Virus record (IMG/VR): IMGVR_UViG_3300009466_000002
DNA length: 64,000 nt
Direction: 5' to 3' (one strand)
From: an uncultured virus (IMG/VR IMGVR_UViG_3300009466_000002)
Lineage: Duplodnaviria > Heunggongvirae > Uroviricota > Caudoviricetes
The notes under the pieces were generated by a model. The model saw only the letters and a program-made list of their open reading frames with translations. It was not told the origin of the DNA and did no database searches. The position numbers and the translations under genes are program-made. This document shows positions 15,607 to 24,333 of this stretch, piece by piece (the first letter of the stretch is position 1; every line of letters starts with the position of its first letter).

Positions 15607-18516
15607 ATGACAATCGATCCATCTGCAAGCAATAGTGCGCCGGATAGCAACGCGCGCGCTATTGATCTGCTGCGCAACGACTGCTATCCCGAGTGGTGGT
15701 CATTCGTCCCCGTGGCTGGAAAGGCCACTTACGTGGAGGAATGGAGCACCAAGGCGTTAACCAAGCAGCAGTGCATTGAGGCGTATGAGGCCAAGCCCTC
15801 GTACAACGGCATTGGTGTGGTGACAGGGTCCCTCTCCCGGGGGCTGATCGCGCTCGATATTGATGGACCCGACGCGGACGCCCGCTTTAAGGCCGCTGTT
15901 GGGGATGAGTACGAGGCTCCCGGTGAGGAGAGCTCAATGTCGTGGACCTCGGGTAAACCGGGCAGGAGGCAGGTCATTTATCGGGTGCCGCCTCAACTCA
16001 TTGACGAACTCGGGCATGTCTCGACCTTGATTCTCCGCAGTGATGGGGAGTGGCATCTGGGCCATAGCGACAACCAAAGGGCGCCGAAGCAGGGGGCGCT
16101 GGAGGCTGGGGAGGAATACCAGGAGGTGGTGCTGCGCTTCAACAAGTGCCAGAGCGTGCTGCCCGGCTCGGTGCATCCGGATGGCAGGACATACCAGTGG
16201 TTGAACTACAACGACAGGAAGGTCACCAAAATTCCGCCCTGGGTCTTCGATGCGATTCGACCCTTCAGGAAGGTGGAGGCGTGGCCAGCCGCGTTGATGT
16301 CGAAGCTGGTCGAAGAGGAGGAATTTGGGCGGACCCTCATCCCCTCTCGGCAGATTCGCGGCTGGTTCTACAAGGATGAGATTCAGGCGAAGTTGCAGCC
16401 GCGGTTGCTGGAGCTGGTCTTCAAGCACCCGGTGTTCGACAAGTACGGGTGGAAGCGGCGCGGTGGTTCACACCCTCAGCTGATGAGTGGCTGCCCCTGG
16501 CATGGAGGTCGTTCGGGCATCACGTTCCAGATCAATGAGGCGACCGGGCAGTGGGACTGCAAGTGCTGCGGGATTGTCGGCAACCCTCTGACGTTCCTGC
16601 ACAAGATCCGCACGGATGACATGCACGCGCCGCATCCGGAGGGGACGGCGTTGGAGAGCTACGTGGCGGAGCTGACGACCGCACTCGGGTACAGCTATCC
16701 GGAGGATGCCCGGGCCCAGGTGGTCAAGGAGGCGCCGCGGACGTTGATGTCGGAGCGGGAGTTCCACGAGGCGCTGATCAAGATCCACGATGAGGAGCTC
16801 AATCCGGCGATTCGGGTGGGCCGGATGGCGGGGCTGGCTGCGGAGACCGGACGGCGGCTCACCGGGGTGCAGTGTCTCGCTGCGATGGATGAGTACCGCT
16901 ACTACGAGGACTCGCGCCGTACCAACGAGAAGAAGGACTGGTGGCAGAACGTGGAGCGGATGCAGTTCCTCGTGCCGAACCTGCTGATGAAGCCCACGCA
17001 GGTGATGCTGCACGCAGCGGGCGGTCTCGGGAAGACGTCGGCCTGTATGGGACTGGCGAAGGCCGTGGGGCGTGGGGAGACCATGCGGATCCGCGGCATT
17101 GAGCTCCCCGTCAAGCAGGGCCCGGTGCTCTGGATTCAGAACGACCAGAACCCGGCGAAGCTGCTGCGGGACTGCGAGGACAACGGGATCAATCCCGCGC
17201 TCGATCGGTGGTTCATCGTCAAGCGGGGCTTCCAGATCAACCACACGCACGAGTTTGCGGAGTGGATTCGGGCGTACCGGCCGGCGCTGGTGATCGTGGA
17301 CTCGATTGGCTCCTGCTCCACAAAGATGCAGGTGGAGGAGAAGGACAAGGCGTTCGCGTCGCCCTTCTATTACTACGCCGAAAAGAACGGGAATCCGGAT
17401 GACGGGGGCTTCCCTGCGACCTCGATTGTCTGGATTCACCACGACAACGCCAACGGTGAGGCCAGGGGCACCCGCTACCTCGTGGCAGCAGTGGATGAGC
17501 AGTGGCACCTGCGAACGCTCTCGGAGGATGAGCGGGAGGCGCTCAGGGAGCGGCGGCGGAGTCCGGCCAACTGCCGGATGATCCAGATCAAGAAGTCCAG
17601 GCTCGGGCGGCAGGGGGATCTGCTGGTGGTCGAGCGGGACGAGAACTTCGCGTACTCGGTGTGGGACTACACGCCGACGGAGCGGAGGGAGGACCAGGGG
17701 CAGGGGGATCCGGAGCCGCACACCATGGCGCTGCGGATCGTGAAGGACCGGGTCAAGCAGGCTCGGGGTGAAGGTGGTGACGGGGAGGACCGCGTGACCG
17801 CCAAGGAGGTGTGGGAACGCCTGGTGGAGGAGATCACCGGGCAGGGACGGAAGCCGCCCTCGAGCAAGACGGTGAAGCGCTGGCTGGATCGATGGGTTGA
17901 CGATGGCGTGCTCGTATCGGGGAAAAAGCGCGTTGTTGCGGGGGCTGACAAACCAGTACAGACGTACACACTTCCCCCCTCGCACGCGCGTGCGTTGTCC
18001 ATGAGTGAGCGTCCTTTGGTCATTGCTCACCGAAAACCCTTGCAGGAACAGGAAAAAGCAATGGACACGGAGGTTTCACCCGAGTACGATGTCCATTGCT
18101 TTGAGCAGGGCCAACCAGTTCAGGAAAGCAATGGACACCGACCTGACCAGGACATTTTGTCCATTGGTCAAAACCCAGTCCCCGAGAGCGATCTCAAGGA
18201 GCAATGGGCAAAAGACATCCACACACACGGTATAAAGGGGTCCGATGAGCAACCTGAGACTCTTTCGAGAACGCCGAGAACGGCATCCGAACTCGAAAAA
18301 GGTCCGCGAGAAGGTGACCCTTTGGGAGCAGAAGTTCCGCGAGGCCAAGACGCCGACAGCCCGGTACTGGGCGATGGGGCAGCTGCGCCGGTGGACGGAG
18401 GCTCACCCGCTGATTCAGATGTGGGAGGAGCGGGATCCGCGGTTTGCGGACATGACGTGGAGCTTCCCGTCCTGAAGGAGTGGCAGGGCGACGAGGGCGA
18501 CCTCAGTGGCTTTTGA
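15607..18516 (+). CDS. bifunctional primase-polymerase + Zn finger + AAA_25 (RepA-like) helicase
   Basis: GIGVVTG...LIALDIDG, SVLPGSVHP; CPWH...CKCC; Walker A AAGGLGKT; Walker B LVIVDS; IHH...ARGT. Confidence 0.9.
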   Translation: MTIDPSASNSAPDSNARAIDLLRNDCYPEWWSFVPVAGKATYVEEWSTKALTKQQCIEAYEAKPSYNGIGVVTGSLSRGLIALDIDGPDADARFKAAVGDEYEAPGEESSMSWTSGKPGRRQVIYRVPPQLIDELGHVSTLILRSDGEWHLGHSDNQRAPKQGALEAGEEYQEVVLRFNKCQSVLPGSVHPDGRTYQWLNYNDRKVTKIPPWVFDAIRPFRKVEAWPAALMSKLVEEEEFGRTLIPSRQIRGWFYKDEIQAKLQPRLLELVFKHPVFDKYGWKRRGGSHPQLMSGCPWHGGRSGITFQINEATGQWDCKCCGIVGNPLTFLHKIRTDDMHAPHPEGTALESYVAELTTALGYSYPEDARAQVVKEAPRTLMSEREFHEALIKIHDEELNPAIRVGRMAGLAAETGRRLTGVQCLAAMDEYRYYEDSRRTNEKKDWWQNVERMQFLVPNLLMKPTQVMLHAAGGLGKTSACMGLAKAVGRGETMRIRGIELPVKQGPVLWIQNDQNPAKLLRDCEDNGINPALDRWFIVKRGFQINHTHEFAEWIRAYRPALVIVDSIGSCSTKMQVEEKDKAFASPFYYYAEKNGNPDDGGFPATSIVWIHHDNANGEARGTRYLVAAVDEQWHLRTLSEDEREALRERRRSPANCRMIQIKKSRLGRQGDLLVVERDENFAYSVWDYTPTERREDQGQGDPEPHTMALRIVKDRVKQARGEGGDGEDRVTAKEVWERLVEEITGQGRKPPSSKTVKRWLDRWVDDGVLVSGKKRVVAGADKPVQTYTLPPSHARALSMSERPLVIAHRKPLQEQEKAMDTEVSPEYDVHCFEQGQPVQESNGHRPDQDILSIGQNPVPESDLKEQWAKDIHTHGIKGSDEQPETLSRTPRTASELEKGPREGDPLGAEVPRGQDADSPVLGDGAAAPVDGGSPADSDVGGAGSAVCGHDVELPVLKEWQGDEGDLSGF
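17996..18210. repeat. iteron-like direct and inverted repeats (AAAGCAATGGACA) in the 3' part of the helicase gene; candidate origin
   Basis: aaagcaatggacac 18055 and 18125; inverted tgtccattgcttt 18090-18102 and tgtccattg 18159; variants at 17996 and 18200. Confidence 0.6.
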
Positions 18517-18563
18517 CCACGTCTGTCCAGATCCGGAATCCCGGCTAGGCTGACCGGAACAGG

Positions 18564-18649
18564 GCAAGGCCAGGGGATCGACAGCCCCCGGCCTTGCTGA
18601 GCCACCGTTCACTGCTGGTGGCCGCGTAGCTCATCTCACCGAGCTCGCG
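18564..18649. ncRNA. three-hairpin intergenic element, candidate small RNA
   Basis: stems 18564-18597, 18601-18622, 18623-18649; TAGGCTG at 18546. Confidence 0.35.
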
Positions 18650-18658
18650 TCAAAAAGA

Positions 18659-18847
18659 CTATCGCTGACGCATGTCGCGGGTCATGTCTTCGAGTCCTTG
18701 GAGCATGAGGTTGCAGATCAACGCTTTGGCGCTGAAGTGCCCTCTCATTAGGGATCGAGATAACTGTTTCAGCTCTTCTATGTCCGAGCACTCGTCGATT
18801 TGGCGGAGTGCTGCTTCCTCCGCAAATTTCAGCGAGAGGCTGTCCAT
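18659..18847 (-). CDS. NblA-like phycobilisome degradation adaptor (candidate)
   Basis: 62 aa two-helix protein; SLxxxF-x7-QI-x3-S...K...L...A....L aligns by eye with NblA SLEQQF...QV...S...K. Confidence 0.5.
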   Translation of the reverse strand: MDSLSLKFAEEAALRQIDECSDIEELKQLSRSLMRGHFSAKALICNLMLQGLEDMTRDMRQR

Positions 18848-18870
18848 TTCACTGACGCCGTTACTCCATC

Positions 18871-20820
18871 ATGCCGTCACAGCTTGTTGAAGAAGCCAAA
18901 CGTGCGCTGTCACGGATTGACTTTGATTTCATTCGTGCTCCGCATCAAGGGGCGTTGCTGCGCACTCGGGTTGCCGAGCTCGGTGAGCATCAGGGGCCGC
19001 TGGGCGTGGATACGGAGACGACAGGGCTGGATCCACGGGTGAATCAGGTGCGGCTGATTCAGCTCGGCACCCCCGAGTTCGCGTTGATTGTCGATCTCGA
19101 TGGGTGGCGCCGGCCCGGGGAGCGCGCCGTGCCCTGGGGTGCGCCGGGGCTTCGGGAGCTCAAGGCGCTACTCGAAGGGGGGCGCTGCAAAGTACTGCAA
19201 AACGCAGCGTTCGATTTGAACTTCCTCCGGGGAGAGGGCATCGCCCTCGGGGGACCGGTGTTCGACACGATGGTGGCGGCCAAGCTTGTGAACAACGGCA
19301 CGACAGCCAAGAACGATCTCGGCTCGATTGTTGAGCGCAACCTGCATCTGGAGTTGCCGAAGGAGTTGCAGAAGGCGAATTGGGCTGAGGAGATCAGCAC
19401 CGAGATGGTGGAGTACGCGGCGCGGGATGTGATTTGCCTGCCGCTTTTGGTGACGCCGTTGAAGGAGTCGCTGCAGGGATCGCGGGTGAAGACGAACACC
19501 ACGCTTTGGGATCTCTTTCAGCTGGAGATGTCAGTGCTGCGGCCGATCGCACTGATGCAATGGCACGGGTTTGGGTTTGACCGAGAGGGTGCCAAGGAGC
19601 TCAAGGTCCAACTCACCGAGGAGTCCGAGGCCCTGAAGACGCTGTTTCTCGAGACGCTTGATCAGGACATTCGCAAGGAGAACGTCGACAACCCGCATGT
19701 CTGGCTGCCCCGGGAGGAGGACGGCAGCGTCAACACCAGGGAGAAGGACACGGGGTCGATCCGGCTGGGCACCAAGAAGCTCAAGGGCTTTAATCCCCGC
19801 TCTCGGCAGCAGATGGCGGAGCGGTTTGAGCAGGCCGGGATCATGCTGCCGCCCGACGAAAAGGGATCCCCGAGCCTGGACCAGAACTTGCTTGCGTTCC
19901 TGCGGAGCGACTACGAGTTGATCGACAAGTACATGACGTGGAAGACCGCAGTGACGAAGGTCTCCAACATCGAGAAGCTGCTGGAGTCGATTGGGCCGGA
20001 TGGGCGAATCCACTGCAACTACAGGCAGATGGGCACCGAGACCGGGAGGCTGAGCGCAGCCTCGCCGAACCTTCAGCAGGTCAATCGGGGCAAGGATTTC
20101 CGCAGCAAGTTCGTGGCGGCACCGGGCAACGTGCTCGTGGTGGCGGACTTCTCCCAGGTGGAGCTGCGGGTTGCGGCGGAGCTCTCGGGGGAGGAGCGGA
20201 TGATCGCGGCCTACAAGGCGGGGCGTGATTTGCACACCGAGACCGCGGCGTTGATCGCGAAGGTGCCGTTCGAGGAGGTCACCAAGGCCCAGAGGCAGTC
20301 AGCCAAAGTGGCCAACTTCGGGCTGTTGTACGGCGCGGGGCCAGCGACGCTGCAGAAGCAGGCCGTTGCGCAGTACGGCATGGATATGGAGATGGATGAG
20401 GCCCGCGAGATTGTCGAGGGTTTTCGCTCGGCGTATCCAACGCTCTACGCCTGGCAGCAGAGCGAGGGGACCAAAACCACCAAGGCAGTGCAGACCGCTC
20501 TCGGGCGGCGGCGCATGTTGGTGGGCTTCAACGACAAGTACACGACGCGGATCAATACGCAGGTGCAGGGCACTGCAGGCGATATTGCGAAGATCGCTAT
20601 CCGTGATTTGTGGAAGTTGATCTGTGCTGCTCCGGCTGATGAGGCAAAGCTCATCGCCATGGTGCATGACGAGATCGTGCTCGAAGTAAAAGAAGGGGAG
20701 GAGGAACGGTGGGGTCAACTGCTGAAGCAGTCGATGGAACAAGCAGGGGCAGAAGTTTGTAGGACGGTTCCTATCGTTGCTGAGGTGTCATGGGGTAAGA
20801 CGTGGGCGGACGCGAAGTAA
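18871..20820 (+). CDS. polA: family A DNA polymerase with 3'-5' exonuclease
   Basis: DTETTGLD, QNAAFD, YAARD; ADFSQVELR (A), RQSAKVANFGLLYG (B), MVHDE (C). Confidence 0.97.
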   Translation: MPSQLVEEAKRALSRIDFDFIRAPHQGALLRTRVAELGEHQGPLGVDTETTGLDPRVNQVRLIQLGTPEFALIVDLDGWRRPGERAVPWGAPGLRELKALLEGGRCKVLQNAAFDLNFLRGEGIALGGPVFDTMVAAKLVNNGTTAKNDLGSIVERNLHLELPKELQKANWAEEISTEMVEYAARDVICLPLLVTPLKESLQGSRVKTNTTLWDLFQLEMSVLRPIALMQWHGFGFDREGAKELKVQLTEESEALKTLFLETLDQDIRKENVDNPHVWLPREEDGSVNTREKDTGSIRLGTKKLKGFNPRSRQQMAERFEQAGIMLPPDEKGSPSLDQNLLAFLRSDYELIDKYMTWKTAVTKVSNIEKLLESIGPDGRIHCNYRQMGTETGRLSAASPNLQQVNRGKDFRSKFVAAPGNVLVVADFSQVELRVAAELSGEERMIAAYKAGRDLHTETAALIAKVPFEEVTKAQRQSAKVANFGLLYGAGPATLQKQAVAQYGMDMEMDEAREIVEGFRSAYPTLYAWQQSEGTKTTKAVQTALGRRRMLVGFNDKYTTRINTQVQGTAGDIAKIAIRDLWKLICAAPADEAKLIAMVHDEIVLEVKEGEEERWGQLLKQSMEQAGAEVCRTVPIVAEVSWGKTWADAK

Positions 20821-20878
20821 GGCGGCGTTTTCCTTTGTAGTCAAACAACCTAAACTGGTTGCGACTTTCCGTATTTCT

Positions 20879-21259
20879 ATGTTGGTTGGCGCTGAGCTTG
20901 TCGCGTTCTGCGAGAGCAATGACTCTTTGAATCAGATGGAGCTCGCTCGGGGGTCTGGCTATGTCCGGACTACCCGCACCGGGCGGGAGCAGGTGTTGGT
21001 GAAGCAGTTCTATAACGAGCTGCTGGCGGCCAAGGGCATGCCGATCTCGGTGGGTAAGACCCCGGGCAAGTCGGCGCAGTTCCGCACCTCGGTGCATGCC
21101 AGTGGCGTAATCCTGCTGGGCAAGACCTATGCGGCGGACTTCGGGCTGAAGCCAGGTGACGAGCTCGAGATCGTGCTCGAGGAGGACTGCATCAAGTTGG
21201 TGCCGACGCCGGTGAAGCCGGCGGTGACGCCCGCGAAGAAGCTGTCGATCTCGGTTTGA
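20879..21259 (+). CDS. cyanobacterial AbrB-like regulator (cyAbrB)
   Basis: LVG.EL...LARG.GY...FY.ELL.AKG...GK.A.FRTSVH.SG.ILLGK.Y...FGLKPGDE.EI.L....IKLV. Confidence 0.9.
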   Translation: MLVGAELVAFCESNDSLNQMELARGSGYVRTTRTGREQVLVKQFYNELLAAKGMPISVGKTPGKSAQFRTSVHASGVILLGKTYAADFGLKPGDELEIVLEEDCIKLVPTPVKPAVTPAKKLSISV

Positions 21260-21260
21260 G

Positions 21261-21479
21261 TTGACACCCAGCGAAGCCCGAGCTCGGTATCTGCAGCAGT
21301 TGATCCGGATCGCGGAGCGGTTGCCCAATGGGCTGCTTCAGCGGTTGGTGGCTGACGCCCAGTTCTTCAACGACTGGAATCTGCGGAAACGCCGAGCCCG
21401 GGCTTCTGCGCGTCTGGCCCAGCTCGAGGCGTGGAAGGGGAAAGCGGAGGAGAAGTATTGGCGCAGCGTGCGGCGCTGA
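21261..21479 (+). CDS. hypothetical basic protein
   Basis: 72 aa directly after cyAbrB. Confidence 0.6.
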   Translation: MTPSEARARYLQQLIRIAERLPNGLLQRLVADAQFFNDWNLRKRRARASARLAQLEAWKGKAEEKYWRSVRR

Positions 21480-21574
21480 CCTGTTCCGGCGGATCCGTTG
21501 ACTCCTCCTAGATTGGTTGAGCCTGCGACGTAACCGCGTCCAGGCTCCGGATCACTCACAACGACTGAGCAACC

Positions 21575-22396
21575 ATGGACATTCAACCGCTTCAGGGCGA
21601 AGAGCTGCAATTCGATCGGTCGCAGTTCAAGCTCCAGCCCGACGGCACCTTTCGTATCTCGATCCGTGGCATGGCAGCCATGGCGGGGATCGACGACAAC
21701 GGACTAGGACGCAGTCTCAAATCAGCTGCGGACGAGAATCCACTTCCGTGCGCTAGATCTCTTCTGGCGCAAGGGTTCTGCCCCGCGGACGTGGCGAGCT
21801 GGTCTGCGACAGGTGGGATCCCCGAGGACGCTGCTCCCTTCATCCTTGAGCACTACGGCATCACCGCGACGTCGCCCTCGGCTCAAGCCCGGGCCGTCTT
21901 GCTCGCTTTCAGTCGGGTGGGCATCAACGCCTATCTGAAGGAGCGCCTGGGAGTCCCTCTTTCGCGGGGGGCTCAGCCGGTCCTGCCGGATGTGCTCACG
22001 ACTGTCGAGCGTGGGTGCAATTTGCTGGAGCGTCTCGGTGGGTTGGACGACCGGGCGCAATTTGTGCTGCGGGACATCGTGCTGAACCACGTTGCTCGGA
22101 CAGCACAAGGAAGCATCGTTCCCGGGGAGCTGCCTGCTCCGCGCCTTTTGGCTTTGCAGGAAGCGCTGCTGGAATTCACCGACGCCTCACCGACCGAAGC
22201 AACGAAGATCGCCTGCAAACGTGGTCGGCTGGTGAAACAGGTCTACACCAGCGAGAACGGGCGACCTCCGCTGACGCATAAGCAGCTGGTAGGCGGGCGC
22301 TCGTGCGATGTCTGTGATTACGAGGAGAGCTGGTTGCGCGAGCACGTAGCCGATCTCACCGAGCTCGTGAGCGAGCATCGCGAGACAGCGAAGTAG
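21575..22396 (+). CDS. putative antirepressor/DNA-binding protein
   Basis: N-terminal ISIRGMAAMAGI HTH-like; C-terminal GRLVKQVY....G.PP....Q.V.GR...V..Y as in phage antirepressor C-domains. Confidence 0.6.
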   Translation: MDIQPLQGEELQFDRSQFKLQPDGTFRISIRGMAAMAGIDDNGLGRSLKSAADENPLPCARSLLAQGFCPADVASWSATGGIPEDAAPFILEHYGITATSPSAQARAVLLAFSRVGINAYLKERLGVPLSRGAQPVLPDVLTTVERGCNLLERLGGLDDRAQFVLRDIVLNHVARTAQGSIVPGELPAPRLLALQEALLEFTDASPTEATKIACKRGRLVKQVYTSENGRPPLTHKQLVGGRSCDVCDYEESWLREHVADLTELVSEHRETAK

Positions 22397-22414
22397 ACCG
22401 AGGACTTAACCACC

Positions 22415-22675
22415 ATGTACATCTATCTGATTCTCACCGTCGTCCACGAAGTCCCTTCTGAGGACTTGGTAGCGAATCGCTACTGCGTTGGCTTCTCATT
22501 GGACGATCCCCTGTTTCACGGGTTTGACGTGGATCGGTGGGCGGAGCCGAAGATGCGCGCCATCTTGATGCGGTCCTTGTGCGAAGACTGGGCTGATGGG
22601 GCTCTGCTCATTACCGGCTGCGAGGAAATCGCCGGAGCTGTTCAGTGGGGTTCACCACAGGCGGCTATTCTTTAG
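22415..22675 (+). CDS. hypothetical protein
   Basis: 86 aa ATG ORF filling the gap. Confidence 0.45.
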   Translation: MYIYLILTVVHEVPSEDLVANRYCVGFSLDDPLFHGFDVDRWAEPKMRAILMRSLCEDWADGALLITGCEEIAGAVQWGSPQAAIL

Positions 22676-22678
22676 CCC

Positions 22679-22978
22679 TCACTGCGCCCGATTTAGGAAC
22701 TGGTCAATGGCCTTGGTGCGGTGGAACCTGTACCGGGGTCGTTTTGCTGTGCCGATGTTCTTGATGGCAGGGCCGTGGATGATGCCCTTGGACATCTGGT
22801 AGGTCAGGGCCTTTGTGTCGCGCAGCCCGACCAGGCGGCAGAACTCCTTGGAATCGAGCCAGTCGCTCTCGGGTGAAGTCGCCGTCTGCCTACGAATGGT
22901 GATTAACTCGGTCTCGATGCTGTCGAGACGGTTGAGGATCTCGTCCAGCGCTTGGGTTTCGGAGAGAAGGCGCGACAT
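22679..22978 (-). CDS. putative excisionase/RDF (winged HTH)
   Basis: WLDSKEFCRLVGL...RPRYRFH; directly downstream of the integrase. Confidence 0.65.
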   Translation of the reverse strand: MSRLLSETQALDEILNRLDSIETELITIRRQTATSPESDWLDSKEFCRLVGLRDTKALTYQMSKGIIHGPAIKNIGTAKRPRYRFHRTKAIDQFLNRAQ

Positions 22979-23016
22979 GGGAGATCTAACCAGGCCCAGA
23001 TGGACCCAAGCGTAAC

Positions 23017-24054
23017 CTAAAGCTGAATGCCCTGCATGGCTTTCTGAATCCGGTCGGCGTCGATCCAGCGTTGATAGGTGGACTGGTGGACTTGAAGGCT
23101 GTGACCCATGAGTCTTGCCCCGAGGTCGGCAGAGACGCCCTTGTCGAGCAGGCGAAGGGCGAATGCGTGGCGCAGGTTGTAGGGCTTGATGGTGACCCCG
23201 TCTCGGTCGAGGGCGTCGTTGAAGGCTTTGGTCAGGGTGGAGGCGGACTGCGTCGGGCGGGGGAGCTCCCGCAGCGCGAAGCTCTCGACCCACGCGCTCG
23301 GGCAGGGCGTCACGCGGCGGGAGCCGGTCTTCGTCTTGTCGTGGACCTCGATCCAGTTGTCCTCGAGCCAGCTCAGGGCTGCGCACTCGTGGGGGCGGAG
23401 GCCGTAGGCAGCGCACATGCCGAAGGTCCAGCGCCAATGGGGGAGGGCGATGCGTGCAGTCGCGGACTCGATCTCCGCATCTGCAGGGATGTCGCGCTCG
23501 GTGAGCTTGTCGACGCCGTAGCCGCGGCAGGCTTCGAGGAGGGCGGCGGTTTCTAAGCCAAGGGACTTGGCCACTTGGCTTAAAAGGTTGCCTTGGTCGC
23601 GGCGCGCGGCGCTGCCGGCGGGGAGCTTGCGGATGGTGCGCAGCAGGACGGCCTCGGTGATGACGCCTGAGGGCGGCAGTTTGCGCAGCGCGGGGGCCCA
23701 TTTCTTGGACCAGGCGTTGTTGCCGCGCTCGGGGTCCTTGCGGTATTTGGAGGCGTGGAGGGCTTGGGCGGCCTTGATGAAGTCGGCGACCGGGATGCTC
23801 TCCGGTTCTCGGGTTGTGGTTTCCCAGTCCTCCCAGGTGAAGCTGCGATTGCGGAGCTGCTCGCCCAGGATCACGGCCCTGCGCTCGGCTTCAAAGAGGT
23901 CAGCAGCCGGGAGTGGGATGCGTTGTTGCTTGCGCCCGATGCCATCCCGGGTGGGCAGGGTTGCCACCAGCGTGTAGACCCGGCCGCGCAGTTGGATAGA
24001 GCACCGGAGCTTCCCCGCTTTGAGGCGAGCATTGGCCGCTTCGAGCTCGGGCAT
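23017..24054 (-). CDS. int: tyrosine integrase
   Basis: YGLRPHE (R), KTKTG (K), YNLRHAFA, LMGHS..VH..TY; adjacent attP. Confidence 0.93.
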   Translation of the reverse strand: MPELEAANARLKAGKLRCSIQLRGRVYTLVATLPTRDGIGRKQQRIPLPAADLFEAERRAVILGEQLRNRSFTWEDWETTTREPESIPVADFIKAAQALHASKYRKDPERGNNAWSKKWAPALRKLPPSGVITEAVLLRTIRKLPAGSAARRDQGNLLSQVAKSLGLETAALLEACRGYGVDKLTERDIPADAEIESATARIALPHWRWTFGMCAAYGLRPHECAALSWLEDNWIEVHDKTKTGSRRVTPCPSAWVESFALRELPRPTQSASTLTKAFNDALDRDGVTIKPYNLRHAFALRLLDKGVSADLGARLMGHSLQVHQSTYQRWIDADRIQKAMQGIQL

Positions 24055-24122
24055 TTTCTGGCTTAGCTCCGGCTTAAAACCGCCGTCAGGGTAGGTCCGT
24101 TTAGGCCCAGGAGGCTCGAAAC

Positions 24123-24152
24123 AAAAAAGCCGCCTCTGGGGGAGAAGCGGCT
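24123..24152 (-). terminator. intrinsic terminator downstream of the tRNA 3' fragment
   Basis: minus strand AGCCGC-TTCTCCCCCAGAG-GCGGCT-TTTTT. Confidence 0.7.
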
Positions 24153-24182
24153 CAGGGACTGGGTTTTAGGCCGGTGATTGAA

Positions 24183-24228
24183 TCGGAGCGGCGGGATTTG
24201 AACCCACGACCCCCACTACCCCAAAGTG
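24183..24228 (-). other. attP core: 3' half of tRNA-Pro(GGG)
   Basis: minus strand CACTTTGGGGTAGTGGGGGTCGTGGGTTCAAATCCCGCCGCTCCGA = anticodon arm, T-arm and acceptor 3' strand; 5' half absent. Confidence 0.88.
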
Positions 24229-24333
24229 CGACTGCGTCGCCAAGAAGCTTTCCGGTGAAAGGATTTGTGAGCTCAGCGCAACGATCTCTGGCTTAACTCT
24301 GGCTTAGTAGCCTGGTTCATACGCGGTTTGCGC

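Larger units (their letters stand above)
24058..24307. mobile_element. attP with paired arm-type repeats
   Basis: cYggcttaR pairs 11 bp apart at 24058/24069 and 24288/24299, flanking the tRNA-derived core. Confidence 0.75.

Noticed and set aside
24183..24260. Complete tRNA-Pro gene
   Set aside because: The D-arm and 5' acceptor strand are missing; only the 3' 46 nt are present, as expected for an attP core.
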